From the NCBI RefSeq assembly GCF_001194135.2, contig NC_068987.1, positions 36,735,117 through 36,775,092 on the forward strand: 39,976 nt of DNA, read 5' to 3'. The notes below the pieces were generated by a model. That model saw only the letters and a list, made by a program, of their open reading frames with translations, made no database searches and had not been told where the DNA came from. Origin of the DNA: Octopus bimaculoides. Its lineage: Eukaryota. Positions 11,323 through 24,331 of the stretch are shown here, in pieces (position 1 is the first letter of the stretch; the number at the start of each line of letters is the position of its first letter). The position numbers were made by a program, and so were the translations under genes.

Positions 11323-11347
11323 CAAACACACACATATATATATATAT
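11266..11347. repeat. (CA)n/(TA)n microsatellite
   Basis: Visible runs flanking the foldback. Confidence 0.95.
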
Positions 11348-11854
11348 GCGTGTGTATGCGTATGTGCATTTATGTATAAAAGTAATCTGTGTTTATTATG
11401 TACATTGTCTGATATGTCTTACAGAACTTCTTATTTCCATTGCAAATGCATATATTACATATTTACTAACAATTTGCAATTATGTATTTTTGTGACTATG
11501 TCATGAGCTGTTGAATATTTGTCATTGTTAATTAGTAAAAGAATATGTACATGATATATAATTGATAATGTAGCAAAAACAAAAAAAATACATATAGAAC
11601 ATTTTTATTTAATATTTATATACTCTCTGTTGTTTTTAAGTTTTATATACTTGGGTGAGTGTGTGCGCATGCTTACTTTTGCGTGAGCGCACGCGCGCGC
11701 GTGTGTGTGTTTGTGTGAAATTCAATATTTATCTCAACGTGCAGCTTCTATAATGCTAAAGGATCTTAGTACAATTTTTATCTCTTAATGAAACTGCAGA
11801 CTCATTCAGACAGCTAAATCGAAATTGAGAAAGCTATTCAATATACTTTACACA

Positions 11855-12234
11855 TGTTGGCACTTCGTCGCTTACGACGTCGAGAGTTCCAGTTGATCCG
11901 ATCAACGGAACAGCCTGCTCGTGAAATTAACGTGCAAGTGGCTGAGCACTCCACAGACATGTGTACCCTTAACGGAGTTCCCGGGGATATTCAGCGCGAC
12001 ACAGTGTGACAAGGCTGAGCCTTTGAATTACAGGCACAACAGAAACAGGAAGTAAGAGTGAGAGAAAGTTGTGGTGGAAGTGTACAGCAGGGTTCGCCAC
12101 CATCCCCTGCCGGAGCATCGTGGAGCTTTAGGTGTTTTTGCTCAATAAACACTCACAACGCCCGGTCTGGGAATCAAAATTGCAATCCTATGACCGCGAG
12201 TCCGCTGCCCTAACCACTGGGCCATTGCGCCTCC
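11855..12234 (-). mobile_element. tRNA(Arg)-derived SINE, family B (octopus OR-type), full length with 12-bp TSD
   Basis: Minus-strand head GGAGGCGCAATGGCCCAGTGGTTAGGGCAGCGGACTCGCGGTCATAGGATTGCA has an A box, a tRNA-Arg-like GATTGCA and a degenerate B box TTTGATTCC. TSD ATACTTTACACA at 11843-11854 and 12235-12246. The family name is from recall. Confidence 0.85.
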
Positions 12235-12562
12235 ATACTTTACACAGTATTCGCAGCAAAATACGAGGAAGCTAGCGCCGTAAGACTATTGAATAGTACC
12301 GGAAATGTTTGTATTTGGTTGTTCTCTGTCACCGGCAGTATTCTACACAATTTCAAGATTAGTACGGAGGATAAAAGAGACCAGTAATTCACTTTAAGGA
12401 ACCCGTAGAATGTAAGACATAAAAAGAGTCCAGTGGGTTTTCAATTCAATATATGAAGGGCCACAAAAACGTTCGGCAGTAAATTTTATCTGACAGCTTA
12501 ACCATTCTGACAAACCACCTCCCTCCTGGTAATGCAGATGAAAATTCACCAAATTAGACATG

Positions 12563-13362
12563 TACAAGGTACATCTAGAAGTACTCAAACATTTTCAAGA
12601 GATATATTCATAAATTTCAAAGTACAAAGCTCGAGACACCTTCAAAGTAGGATTTTCTGACATCAGTACACCTGTTGTAGCATTCCAGTCACTTTGTGAA
12701 GGCCCTATTGAGCTCCTCCAAAGTGAAGGTGTTCGAAAACCTGGTCACAACTTCCTTCATCTTCAAAACGACTGTCCCTGAAGTTCTCTGTCAGCTCGGG
12801 GAACAACCAAAATTACAGGGAGCAAGGTCAGGACTGAGGGTAAATGAATATTTTGATGTATATCTCTGTAAAGTAGCTGGTTACCACTGTGCACATTGGG
12901 AACAAACTTTGCACAAATTTTGTTTTTCAGATCTTTATGAATAATTCTGTGCACACCAACTACAGACTGTATGCATATTGTCTTTGTAAAAGCACCTCAA
13001 TCTGCATCCAAACTATTGCAAAATTTCCCAACCAGTTCTGATGTTCTGACGTCCTTCTCCCTCCCACACCTCTCATCACCTCTCACCTTCCCTCTCCCTC
13101 CCTTGGACATCTTGTGCCAGTGAAACATTTAATTCATAAGCAGTATGGAGCATTTCATATGTTTCTTTAGCATGAGCTGCAAAGCAGTATTAGTAGGGTG
13201 TATCCAAATTGGTGTTACAGCCGTCTCCTTCAATCTGGAATAAAACAGTTGGCATGTCAGCTTATTAGATTTGTAGTAATGGTATACTAAGATAAGAATA
13301 ATCTAGAACAGTCATAACTGCCTCTCCTAAAACGACTCAAAACTTCTGGAATGCACCTCATA
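12563..13362 (-). mobile_element. Internally deleted mariner element with both TIRs
   Basis: Minus-strand peptides KICAKFVPN (cf. WVP..L), SPDLAPCNF.LFPEL (YSPDLAP motif) and C-terminal LECYNRC..VRKSYFEG. Imperfect ~33-bp TIRs TACAAGGTACATCTAGAAGTACT.. (12563) and ..AACTTCTGGAATGCACCTCATA (13362), with TA ends. Confidence 0.85.
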
Positions 13363-14887
13363 ATCATAAATTTTCGAAACCCTCCTCATCAGGTACTGGT
13401 GTTGATAATCTATATGGCATTGTAAGTGATGGTGATATTGAAGCAATTATGCTTATGCACGCCAAATGCAGCGAGGGTGAGTGTATGAATGATATTTTAC
13501 TGTTAGCCTCGAAATTCACCTGGTGCGTTTGCTTTCACATCTTTGACATACACAGATTTTTAAAATTCACAATATTGACATCCCAGTAATTCATCATGAT
13601 TGTTTTTCTTACTCATTATACATCCATTCATACGTACACACACATACACACACGCACACATACTTACACGCAAACACACGCGCACACACACGCGCACGCA
13701 CACATATACAATCAGTTCACCTCTCCGCGCTTTGGCACACTTTGTTAAATTCAGCTTCCTCTTTCCCCATACTAACTACTGCACCTAGTCCTTTATTTCC
13801 AGAACATTGGCTCATTGGAAATTTTTCCTTCCTAATTTTTTTTTCTGCTGCTGTTAACCAGCAACAATTTAAATAGAACATTAACTGCATCAGTGACACT
13901 CTCCGGAGATGTGCAGCAGTCATGGCTCTAGTTCCACTTTCTCCACGCTTAGCAAGTAAACTAAAACGATTGAAAAACTGCAAATATATTAACTCGAAAC
14001 CTATGCAATAGCACAACAGAATTCTTCAAAACCAACTCACATATCCACCACGTCGGTGATGAGAATTCATTCATCCAGTTTGTCACTAATGTATATGTGT
14101 ATGTTCATGTGCGTGTGTGTGTGTTGGTGTATGCATGCAATTTTAAAAGAGCTGATAATGATGAACGTGAAGATGTTAAAAGTTTTTGTTTTTAAAGAAG
14201 GATAATTTCGTAAGTTATATTCAGAACAGTTTCTGTCCAGATAATTCTATATCAGTTCATGATTGGATGTCAAAAGAGCGGCTCAATCCATAATTGAATG
14301 ATACAATTACACTTAGCAATGGTTTCTAGAAATGAATAATGGGATAATATGATACATGTTAAGTGATCATGGTCTCCTCGGAATGATAGAAAACTAGTTT
14401 TAGATATATTTAAAGAACAATTGTCAATCATTTCAGCCATTGGTAAGTATTAAGAGAAATTAAATAATTCATGGTCTCTCTAAAGTCTACTATTGTTTTT
14501 AGTAATTACAACCTTTGTATATATACGAGTCTCAGAACAGCCATTCAAACAGAAATGCAAGCACTACTAATATTTCAAAAGCGATCAAGTATACAGATGA
14601 TATCAAAAGATTGCAAGATATCGTTGTTGTGATCAAGTATGGTAGCAATATGCAATTAGTATAATGCTAATTTGTTTTAAGCTCATAACTATCAAACCTC
14701 GAATGTAATACTGCTTAAACCAGCAACGTCAGGAAATATTGCATTTCTGAAGTGAGAATCTACGCGAGATCTAAGAATTTTAGTGAGTAACGACACAATT
14801 TTTCATGCAGCTGTTGCAAGAGTGTGCCGAAATGTAGCGTGAGAGAGCCTATGAAATCATATCTATGCTGCGGAAGATGTTTGTTGT

Positions 14888-14945
14888 ATGCAATCGACTT
14901 ATTTTCTCCCGTGAAATTGCTGGTCTTGTGCCAAACTTTGAAAAC
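14888..14945 (+). mobile_element. SINE family A, 3' fragment
   Basis: CAATCGACTTATTTTCTCCCGTGAAATTGCTGGTCTTGTGCCAAACTTTGAA matches the 3' end of the other copies. Confidence 0.7.
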
Positions 14946-15790
14946 AGTATACGTGTGTGTAGAATATAGGATATGATTTAATGATCCTAAGACTTGGAAA
15001 ATAAAACTACCATCAGTTTATAAGTAATATCTTTATGGAAGATATGAGTTCGAGGTTGTGTGAGTTGTAGAAGATCCTGTTTTTTTTTTTTCGAGTGATG
15101 CAAAATGGAATTCATTTGTCGTTCAGAGTTCTAATTTTTGACAAACTATCTTCACGCTCCATCGAAGAATCGTTTTGGTGAGACATCGAGGAAATAAATG
15201 CCTATTGCTCGATTTGCCGGGAATAGTAGTGAAATCACTTTGATATCACATCCTAACATCTTAAAAGATGGCTTTCGATCAACGATTCCAAGATACACTG
15301 TTCCTGAAAAGAAAGAAAAAACATTTTGACGGCTGGAATACCATTAATCCTATGACTTCTCGATCGACGTTTATCTGGGGTTAAACAAGAATAACAACTA
15401 TCTTCAATGAGAGGTATACTGTTTAAACGTTTTAAAATCTATCACAAAGTTTCGTATGACTCCATACATTTTATTTTGCGTACAGATAATTCTTCACTCG
15501 ATGTTGTTGAAAATGACTTTCCTGACAGCTTGGTTGGATTATTGGTGATGGTAATGATGGTAAGAAGAATCGTCTTGATGAGTAGTTCTGACGACGACGA
15601 TGACAATGATTACAATGCTGATGATGAGGGGTAGAGGTGGCCTGTAGCATCATATATTTCTAATGATGGACGAATTCATTTTATATATATCAATAATACC
15701 GATGGGAATAATTGCATGGAACTTCCCAATAAAATACCGAAGGGCTGTAATAGGAAACAGGAATTAGGTGATAGATATAAAATTCCTTAC

Positions 15791-16114
15791 CTATGATAGT
15801 GAACGTTTTCGAATCAACTAATTCATTGTCATCGAAGGATAAAAAGCAGCTGAATTGTTTAGAAACTGAACATGTATCAGATGAGAAGGTCAGGCAAGTT
15901 TGTACAGTTGTATTGTCGATGATTAAGTCTATCTGTATTCTGGCAGACCACCAACTACTTGTTTCACATGATGTGCGGTTACAAACTATTTTAAGTTCAG
16001 GTTCATCTTTAATCTTTGCTGCGGCGTATACTGTTAGCTTCGTAAATTCGGCTATATTATTCCCCTGACAAATTATTCTGTTCAGGTTGGCTCCATCTTG
16101 CATTAAATTTAAGG
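15791..16114 (-). CDS. Exon encoding Ig-like domain 1 (V-like spacing, atypical): (T)LNLMQDGANLNRIICQG...LTFSSDTCSVSKQFSCFLSFDDNELVDSKTFTII
   Basis: Acceptor ttttggtttgtttacttgtag|CC and donor ATAG|GTAAGG; 324 nt, phase 1-1. B-strand Cys (IIC) and F-strand Cys (FSC) have 73 intervening residues; there are 4 extra Cys and no canonical C-strand Trp. Splices to the next exon as SKTFTII-VPPKT. Confidence 0.75.
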
Positions 16115-16640
16115 CTACAAGTAAACAAACCAAAATAAGTAAAGGAACATATATATACAAGGTTGTGTGTGCTAGCAGAGCTAGCTAGGTAGCTAACTTA
16201 ACAAGCAGGCAGCTAGATGTAGTAAATAGATAGAGAGATTAGATGGAGATATAAAACCATAAAGAAAGTTATACTAAATACCTACAAAATAAATTCATGA
16301 TTTTCTCACTTCGCTTTTCCCATTTAGACGGAAATTCCTTTCCAGAGTTACCCCAGTCCCTGTGTATAGGTGAAATCGTTGTCTTTTCTTTAATGACAAG
16401 TGAATTCGGACAAATTCTTGATACTTGAGATTATTTTTCCTTCTCATTTGGATTCGGTTTCAGTTGTCACTAAGCGTTTATTTTCTTCTCGAAGCGAAAA
16501 TGATTTCAATAAATTAAAAAGCTTTCTTTTATGGCACTTAGTAGTCGTTTATTTGGGTTTTTTCTCCAAATCGATACCACTGACCATCCTGAGTGGTTTG
16601 TTTTCCGTTTTGCTTATCTATGTGTGTGTGTGTGTGTGTG

Positions 16641-16768
16641 CGACATTGCCTTTCATCCTTTCGGAGTCGATAAATTAAGTACCAGTTGCGTACTGGTATC
16701 GATCAAATTGATTAGCTCCCTCTCCCAAAAAATTTCGTGCCTTGTGCCTAGAGTAAAAAAGAATATTC
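16641..16768 (+). mobile_element. SINE family A, 3' half, following a (TG)n run (16619-16640)
   Basis: TTGCCTTTCATCCTTTCGGAGTCGATAAATTAAGTACCAGTTG..GCCTTGTGCCTAGAGTAAAAAAGAATATT. Confidence 0.85.
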
Positions 16769-17479
16769 TTAAAGCTAACGTTTACTTTTTTACTACTCGC
16801 TCAACTCCCTACTTATAATTTAATACCTGATTAAATTAAATGCAGTTAGCTTCATTAAAGAGAACTAGAATACCGCTATATTTTGGGATATTATATTGGA
16901 AAATGTATCGGTAAAATAACAAGTAACGATGAAATATATGTTGAGAAACAAGAAAATAACACAGATGTGAATTCTAAGCAGTAGATTTTCATCGTTTCCT
17001 AACTATATTTGTGACTATCGTTCTTAAATAAAAGACCCGGATCAAAGGAATTTAATTCTGTAAACCTCGACAAACTTATTGCTGTAGAAAAAAGTTGTAA
17101 AATTTTGATAATACTAACCTCTAACATCTCCTGAAACCACATATGTGCTATTTGTAGCAATCATTTGGGAGAATAATTCTTACATAGAATATATAAACTG
17201 AGATGAAATAGGAGCAGTAGAAAATATTATGGCAAAAAAGTGGTCAAATCGTAAAGAATATGATGCCCCGTAATGTTATTAAACCAACATAATCTCAGTT
17301 ATTCCGAAAAGATCTAAATGAGAAAAATCTTATACTGAAAACTGCATGAAAATCAATGCAGCACAAAGAAACTCATGAAGTAAAACATAGTCACTTTTGA
17401 CAATGACCCCCTAATAACGTTTGGCATTGATATCAACCGAGTTGAGTTAAATATTTTTTCATATTTCAAGTTTTATTTA

Positions 17480-18200
17480 ATAGTAAAATCAAATTATATA
17501 CGAAAAGTGTTAGCTCATCAAAATATATTCCGGCAGGAATAGATCAGCATTTCCAGCCCCTCAAGCCCCTCATGTTTACGCTTCCTCAAATTGGTATTAT
17601 ATGCGGGGCAATTGCGCGTCTTCGATTTACCAGCACCGGGTAGGAGGCTTTCAAAGTATCATATACTTGCTGCAGTTGTTGAGCATAAGGTTTAGCTTTT
17701 ACAACATAAGCATAAACATCTGGGACAAGATCAAAGTGCAACACTCCATCGAAATTCCACTAGGCATTTTCACATGACCTTCTTTTCAAATGGCTCTTGT
17801 TTGAAATCAGGTTCTGAAGTTTGGTCGAAACTCAATCATTGATTTCTCATAGCATTACGAAAATAAAACCAGTTTGCATCCCTAGCTACTATGTAACGCC
17901 AACAGGTGGCATCTAGAGGATCTACCAGTATTTGTTTGCAAATGTTCACATGTCGTGGACCCTGCTCACGGTAAGTTCATGAAGACCTTCTCAATAGCCA
18001 CTGTTTACAAGGTCGAGCTACGGAGATGTCGATTGATGGTGCTTTATGAAAGGTTTGCTTTCCTTGAAACATCTGAACCCGTTTTGTGCGATACGTACGT
18101 TGACAGTTCCTGTCCACATCATTAATTTCTTTTTCCGTTGCCCTTGCACTCATCCCTTTTTTTACTTGTAGCGTAAATGACTTTGATTGCAATTTACCCC
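17480..18200 (-). mobile_element. Decayed mariner (DD34D-type) transposase
   Basis: Minus-strand peptides follow Mos1/Hsmar transposase order: TVNVRIAQ (HTH), HELT..RHVNICKQIL, WRYIVARDANWFYFRN (cf. RIVTGDEKWIFF), QEPFEKKVM, DGVLHFDLVP, YAQQLQQVYDTLK..YPVLVNRR. Frameshifted. Confidence 0.8.
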
Positions 18201-18649
18201 ACTGATTATCAAAGCTTTAAAATGAAAAGGATAAACGATTAATGCTTACATGTATAAATGAAAAGGAAGAATAAACAATTCAGCAGCGATTGCACAAATT
18301 GTATCAAATTAATGATATAACATGAAGATATAAGTTATCAAAAATCATCACTGAAAATTTGAAAAGACTTGGACTCGACCTAATATGGAAATAAACTTAA
18401 GTAAAAGTGCAGACAAGAAAGGTAGCGTTGATTTCGTTCCAAGTTTTAAGCGGCTTTTATCCTGTTGAAGTTTCGGTTTGCTTGTGCCTTTATAATTTTT
18501 GATTTACTTAGGAATTTTTGTTTTTCTAATGATGTTTCCGATTTTCCAATATTCTAAAACCAAATATATTTAGTAAACCATATTTAGATGGAGGATTTTA
18601 GATGAAAATCAGTATTTTAAATGCAAAGTTCAAGTACAAAAAATAGTGG

Positions 18650-19700
18650 TTTTAGATCTGAGTTTAGCTGTAAAGGATATCATCAATTTTCATTCACATT
18701 TAACAAAACAAAAAAGTCTTCGAGAATAACATTGCTCTTAAGTTTAGAGTACATTTGCCATTTTAATCTCATCAATTAGTAAATTCCACTTATAGTTTCC
18801 AAATTTTTTCTATGTTATTTTTATACCAAATTGTAAAAAAAATGATACAGTACAAATGACTAATAATCAAAAATATTAATATGACTACTTTGCACAAAGT
18901 TAAAATTGAGTCTGAGTCTGTTGATGAATAATTAATCAATTGTATTAAATATAGATACATTAAAGGAAGTGGGTATTAAAATTACATTCTGGCCGACTTC
19001 GTTATATAAAGACATTTTTCATTTTTATTTAAATATTTTTTAGAAGTGTTTCAATTTTAATATCAATGAAACAAAAAATTTCGAAATAGCTTTAATGATA
19101 TTCAAAATTTTATAAAGATTGATCTTGGTTTAATTTAGTTTCTAAATATTGCTAACATCTCTTCCTTTTTTCCATCACTGTTATCCTGATTATCATGTCT
19201 GGATGCAACAAGGATAGCAGAAGTTTAGTCAAGGGAAATGTCAAGTGTTATTGCAAAGGTCTACTTGACACCTTCAAAGGCATCACCAATCTGAACATCT
19301 GATGCTTGGTTTTTCATGGTGGCATCAAGTATATTTCGGGTTGTATATTTGAAGTAGTTATCTCAAATGCTTCTCGGATATGTGAAAATGATCAGAGGCC
19401 TTTTGCTTCAAACTGGTTGACAAATAATTGCTGAACTGCTTCTTGACCGACATCAATCAGTCCATCTACTACCGAGTTATTGGTTTTTTTCCTGCATGGA
19501 CTCAGTTTTTCAATGGCATTTTTATATAATATATTTTTGTCAAATTTGGATTTAAATAATATGCATTTTGGTAGTATTCGGAGTTTAAAGTAGGGAACGA
19601 TTAAAGGAAAGACTCGGGTACTTTTGAGTAGCATGTTAGTAATGTAGTTAAATTTCAAGAGCCATTTTCTTTCACACATAACTCCGCCTCATGTCATTTT
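18650..19700 (-). mobile_element. Possible hAT-like transposase relic
   Basis: KSTRVFPLIVPYF resembles the K.FP.LVRYF segment after the first catalytic Asp of some hAT transposases. Further stop-interrupted protein-like frames follow. The evidence is weak. Confidence 0.3.
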
Positions 19701-19824
19701 CTAACTGAGATCTTCCCCAATGTTCTATGCTGTCTGAGGAAAATAAAGTCAGTGTTGTGCACTGTAGAGAAGGTGTGATTTGTTGGTACAGGTAAATAGC
19801 GAACTGATTCGATAACAGAAAGTC

Positions 19825-20928
19825 ATGGAACAACGGAATCGTTCTTCCATTGTTGTTTTGACGCGTCCGGGCACACTGCCAATAAAATTGTTAAGCTAAC
19901 GAAACTTTCAAATGCAAAAGTTTATCGTGTATATAAACGATTTAAAGAAGGAAACGAACACCAGACTCGAAGGGAATACAAGCGCAATCCAAAGATTCCC
20001 GCTGGCCGCAAACGTTCGATTGGAACCAGCCCATCCACATCCATGAAAACTCTTGCAAAGAAACGCAATGTGTCCCTCTCCACAGTATCCAGATCTGTGA
20101 ACAGAAACCTTGGCATGACTAGCTATGTTCAACGACGCCTTCACCTCCTAACGGCTAAGGTCAAAGCAATCAGAGCCGAGAAATTCCCAAATCTTCTCTC
20201 ATTTATTAAGCATCAAGATGCAGGAAAAACTCTCGTATTTGTGGACATGAAGAGGTTCATTGTGGACGCTGAGGTGAATCGCAGAAATTCTCGAGTGATT
20301 GCATACAGCCCTCCTTGATGTCCCCACTGTGTTTGAGACTAAACATCCTGCCTCTGACGGTATTTGGAGCTTTGGCGAGTGATGGAAGTGTCACGGATCT
20401 ACTCTTTATTGAGTCTGGCTTGAAGATCGGCACAAAAGAGTATCTGAACATCCTGAAGAACTTTCTGATATCTTGGATGGAGCAGAAATTTGGACTTAAC
20501 AATTTGGTGCTTATACAGGATTCTACACCATGCCATGAATCAAAAGTAACATGGACTTTCCTTGATGAGAAGGTGCCATTTTTGAGGGCCATCATCTAGC
20601 CTAGATCCCAATCTTCTCGATTATTTTTATGGGCGCAGTTCAAGCAAGGACCAATGCTTCACCACATTCGAGTGTCAACGGTTTGAAGACCTGTATCGTG
20701 CGTGTGACAGGTAAAATCAAAAGGACGAAGTTTGCGGCAGCTGCAAAAATATTTCGTTCTTGTGTGGAGGCAGTAATTGCCTGTAAGGGCAGCCACAATG
20801 AGTGATAAAGAATTTTGTTCTAATAAATGTTACATTAAAATTTTATCTTTCTACTACCATTATTTTAGCATTTTTAACTAGTCTTCTGCATCTTAAAAAT
20901 TGTCTCAATTTATCTGCAAGACCCTATA
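19825..20928 (+). mobile_element. Decayed Tc1/mariner element, maT (DD37D)-like, with 3' TIR
   Basis: Peptides MKTLAKKRNVSLSTVSRSV (HTH), VFVDMKRFIVDAEVNRRNSR, TVFGALASDG, LIQDSTPCH and C-terminal CVEAVIACKGSHNE*. The 3' end is AAAAATTGTCTCAATTTATCTGCAAGACCCTATA. No 5' TIR was recognised. Confidence 0.85.
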
Positions 20929-23293
20929 TTGAGAAAAAGTCAATTCATGTCAATAAGGACAAACGGAAACTGTTTGATCTATGCCAAGAACAAGGTTAAA
21001 ATTCCTCAAGAGCACGGCATACTTTGCTTCCTCCATTGGTAAGAAAAACATCGCCTACAACTAACAGAAGATATGGCAGGTAGTGATGTGCAGATCTGTC
21101 TAGTGTCCCCAGAATGATGCATACAAAGTTTTCAGCATCTGTGATAGTCTTAGAAATATAACGAAAGTATTGTCGTTCCATCTCATATCTTTCCACAGGG
21201 TCATGGAATCAATGTTTTTGGCAACGTGAGTTGCTGGAGACAATTGTTAAGCTGTGGATGGATGAAGTAGAAAGCCATATAGAAAGCCATACGTTCAACA
21301 AGATCTTCTCACAAAGCCCATGTAACCTAAGACTGGATGTAAGACAATTTTTACGATTACCATACTTGTGACCTCCAAACTCGCAAGATTCATATCCTAT
21401 GGACTACTACATTTAGAGAGTTGCTGAAAGGGATACTAATTGATTTCTTCACTATACCATAACTTCACTGAAAAACCATCACTATCCAGGTGATGCCTGA
21501 AATGAATGAGGACTATTCAGTGCAGGAATGTCATCGAAACTGAAGGTGGATTCATGAAATAATGTTAAAAGAAAACTTATTGAGAACATATCTACAACTT
21601 TTATTTAAAAAACATACATTTAGTTTTTGCTATATTAGAGTTGTTTTTATGAAATTACCAAATATATTCTCAAATGTTTCTCGCATACTGTATATACGCC
21701 GGTTGCGAGCAGAGGTTAGGGTTAGGATTAAACCGTATTCAGTTAATCGAAATCAAGTGGGGAATCCGTTATGAGATAAGTGTTAGTTCGCCGTATAATT
21801 TGAGAATAAAAATTATTCCACAGATAACAATATCCAATTCATTTGACGTTTATCACAAATTTTCCAATGAACAAAAGATACGGGTTTGTTTCTCCAACAA
21901 GGAAATTCCATTATATTTATACAGAAGTTACTGTTTACCAACCTATTCTAAATTATAAATTTATATACATATGGAATTATCTATTCTTTAATCATGTATT
22001 ATTAGAAATACAGCTACCTTGCAGTGTTAACCTTTATTAAAGCGACTTCCTTATACTCCTGTTAGTCATTTAGCCTGTTCCAAAATGGTCAAAATAAGTA
22101 TAATGAAGAGGCTGCTAGTCAGGAAGATGAGACGACGAACATTCGAGTTAACTGGGTTCTGATTAGTTGGTATTGAATTTATGGTAAAATACCGATTAAG
22201 CAAAGTAGTGTACAAGGAGAGTCTATCACCGTCCACCTGTATGAATATTCATAACACATTAAAGTAAAACGAAAGCGTGAAATGCAGCTACTACCTTTTA
22301 TGTTCTGTTTGGAACAATTAAGTTTCGAAATTAGTAGGGTCTTTCAAAACATTCCTGGTATTATATTGGCTAATTTTAACTCAGGTTACTTAAGTCGCAA
22401 CGACTTAAGTAACCTGTTGTTATTCTTTCTTTGAACTCCAAAGCAGCTGGTTGTATTTCCAGTATATAACAATACAGTTTGCATTACATAACACTACCGA
22501 TGTTATTTCTATTACATAACAATAATGGTTGCTTCTATTGCATAATGATACTGTTTTTTTCTATTATATAACAACATTGATGTTTACAATATATTGCAAA
22601 ATATTGTTACTTCTGTTGTTTCTAGAACATAACAATGTTGTTATTTTTTTCTCATTCGTTATCCCTGGAAAGCAAATTTTTGGATGGATGACTGGAAATA
22701 GTTTCGATTCGGTATTTGGATACTGATGTTGTTGTAGATATTGTTATTGTAGTTCTTGTTTAGCTATCACAACTGCCCAGTTCGATTTGCCGAGTCGGGG
22801 GAATGGCATATAAAATAAAGGTGGGTTAATTGTGTCTACAGACACTCGTAATCTGGCTGAAATGTTTTTGATAATAAGTTAGTCCAGATAAGGATGTGAT
22901 TTGAGTGATGCTAATCAACAATAACCACAACAATAATAATAGTTTACTTGTATCATACAGTAGTCAGTTCTATCTCGCCTTACTAACCTTACTACCCAAC
23001 TTTTACCTAAGTTAACTAAGATATTGACGTTAGAGATGATGAGATAAACAGCTCACATTTACAGCTGCTAAACAAACTACTTTAATATAAAATCTGGACA
23101 CTGAGGAAACTTATTATGATCTGCAATTGGCTACAATTTATGAATCTGCAAGAGGCTTCATAGAACAATTGAAAAAATTCCTGTGTAGAGAAGCATAGAG
23201 TAACTATTCTGGTCACATGTAAGTGAATGCAATATATCTACCATTTGCGTTTATTTAGAGGGAAGGGCGGTACCCAAAACCGTATATTTATTT

Positions 23294-23430
23294 AGAGTCT
23301 CAGAGACAGGCAGGTGAAAAAGAACAGGTTATCTGCAAAGAGAAAACATGGCCAGAGTCTCCGAGACGAGCAGAATGAATGGAAAAAACTATCTGCAAAG
23401 AGAAAACATGACCAGAATTTAGCAGAATGA
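23294..23430. repeat. ~60-bp imperfect tandem repeat (~2.3 units)
   Basis: TATCTGCAAAGAGAAAACATGRCCAGA at 23330-23356 and 23390-23416; AGAGTCTCMGAGAC at 23294 and 23354. Confidence 0.8.
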
Positions 23431-24331
23431 CCATCGTTAAAGGAACCAAAGGAAAAAGGCGCTCAAGCCGGGTGCACATTAGGTTTACCAAATTATTTAT
23501 ATAGGAATCTTTGTTGGAGGAGGTCACCTTCAAATTGTACAAAAATACTTATTGACAGATAGTTGTACCTCAATATATTACAGCATGTTTTCCACTGTCT
23601 CCTTAGGCAAGTTTCTTTTACTCTTCGCGCTTAATTAACTAATTCTACATTAGTACTGTTGTTTTCATAAACTGTATCGGCCGAACACATACACTATCAC
23701 TGATACAGACGTGTCCCAGAGCATAATACGTCAATATACTTGTATGAAGCTTCAATCTTAATTACGAAATGATTAAATTAAAAATAGGGTTGTTGGTAAT
23801 CAATTCGTGTTGTTCTATTAAATTTTATTTGAGTAGCTTCCACCGAACGCATTGCATTTTATTTATTTCTGTTTGAACAACTTTGAGGTTTAAGGTCTAT
23901 ATATGAAGGCGCTATCTCATATATGTGTGTGTTTATATGCGTATATATGTGTGTGTGCGTGTGTGCATATATATGTGTGTGTGTGTGTGCGTGTGCGTAC
24001 ACATTCTCACAGACTTACACAACTCACGTGTCACTGCCACAATATCTCCTCCACAAACATGCGAAACAATAAACACACAGTGCCATACGCGAATTACTAA
24101 TGCATATGTCAGATAGATGCATACATTTATATTGCACACACACCTATACATACAACGGTCAACCTATACATACACATACACACACATGAATCTGGAGAAT
24201 CTACAAGAATAGATGCAAGCGCTAATTTATAAAAACATGTGACATATTAATAAACATCTGTAAATGTACGATCATCCAGATATCTGAGTACTTTATTATT
24301 TTTTCTAATATATATATACATACATATATAT

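Noticed and set aside
12160-12234. tRNA-Arg gene
   Set aside because: The B box and acceptor stem are degenerate, and the sequence continues into a 380-bp SINE body bounded by a TSD.
15530-15635. Asp-rich ORF 15407-15634
   Set aside because: It derives from degenerate (GAT/GAC)n repeats and has no splice or domain support.
15690-16160. 156-aa ORF with an apparent signal peptide (MYIYVPLLILVCLLVAL), as a standalone secreted protein
   Set aside because: It starts at TTG, the hydrophobic stretch is the translated polypyrimidine tract before the acceptor at 16114, and the tail after TIIG is intron beyond a GTAAG donor.
20996-21560. Protein-like minus-strand frames
   Set aside because: The frames have multiple stops, no recognisable motif and no consistent exon boundaries.
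21714-21728. Interstitial telomeric repeat GGTTAGGGTTAGG, and adjacent ORFs 21674-22040
   Set aside because: Only about two units are present. The ORFs have no recognisable domain; this may be an unclassified repeat.
23294-23430. CRISPR-like repeat-spacer array
   Set aside because: There are only two repeat units, the spacers are related to each other, no cas genes are present and the context is eukaryotic.
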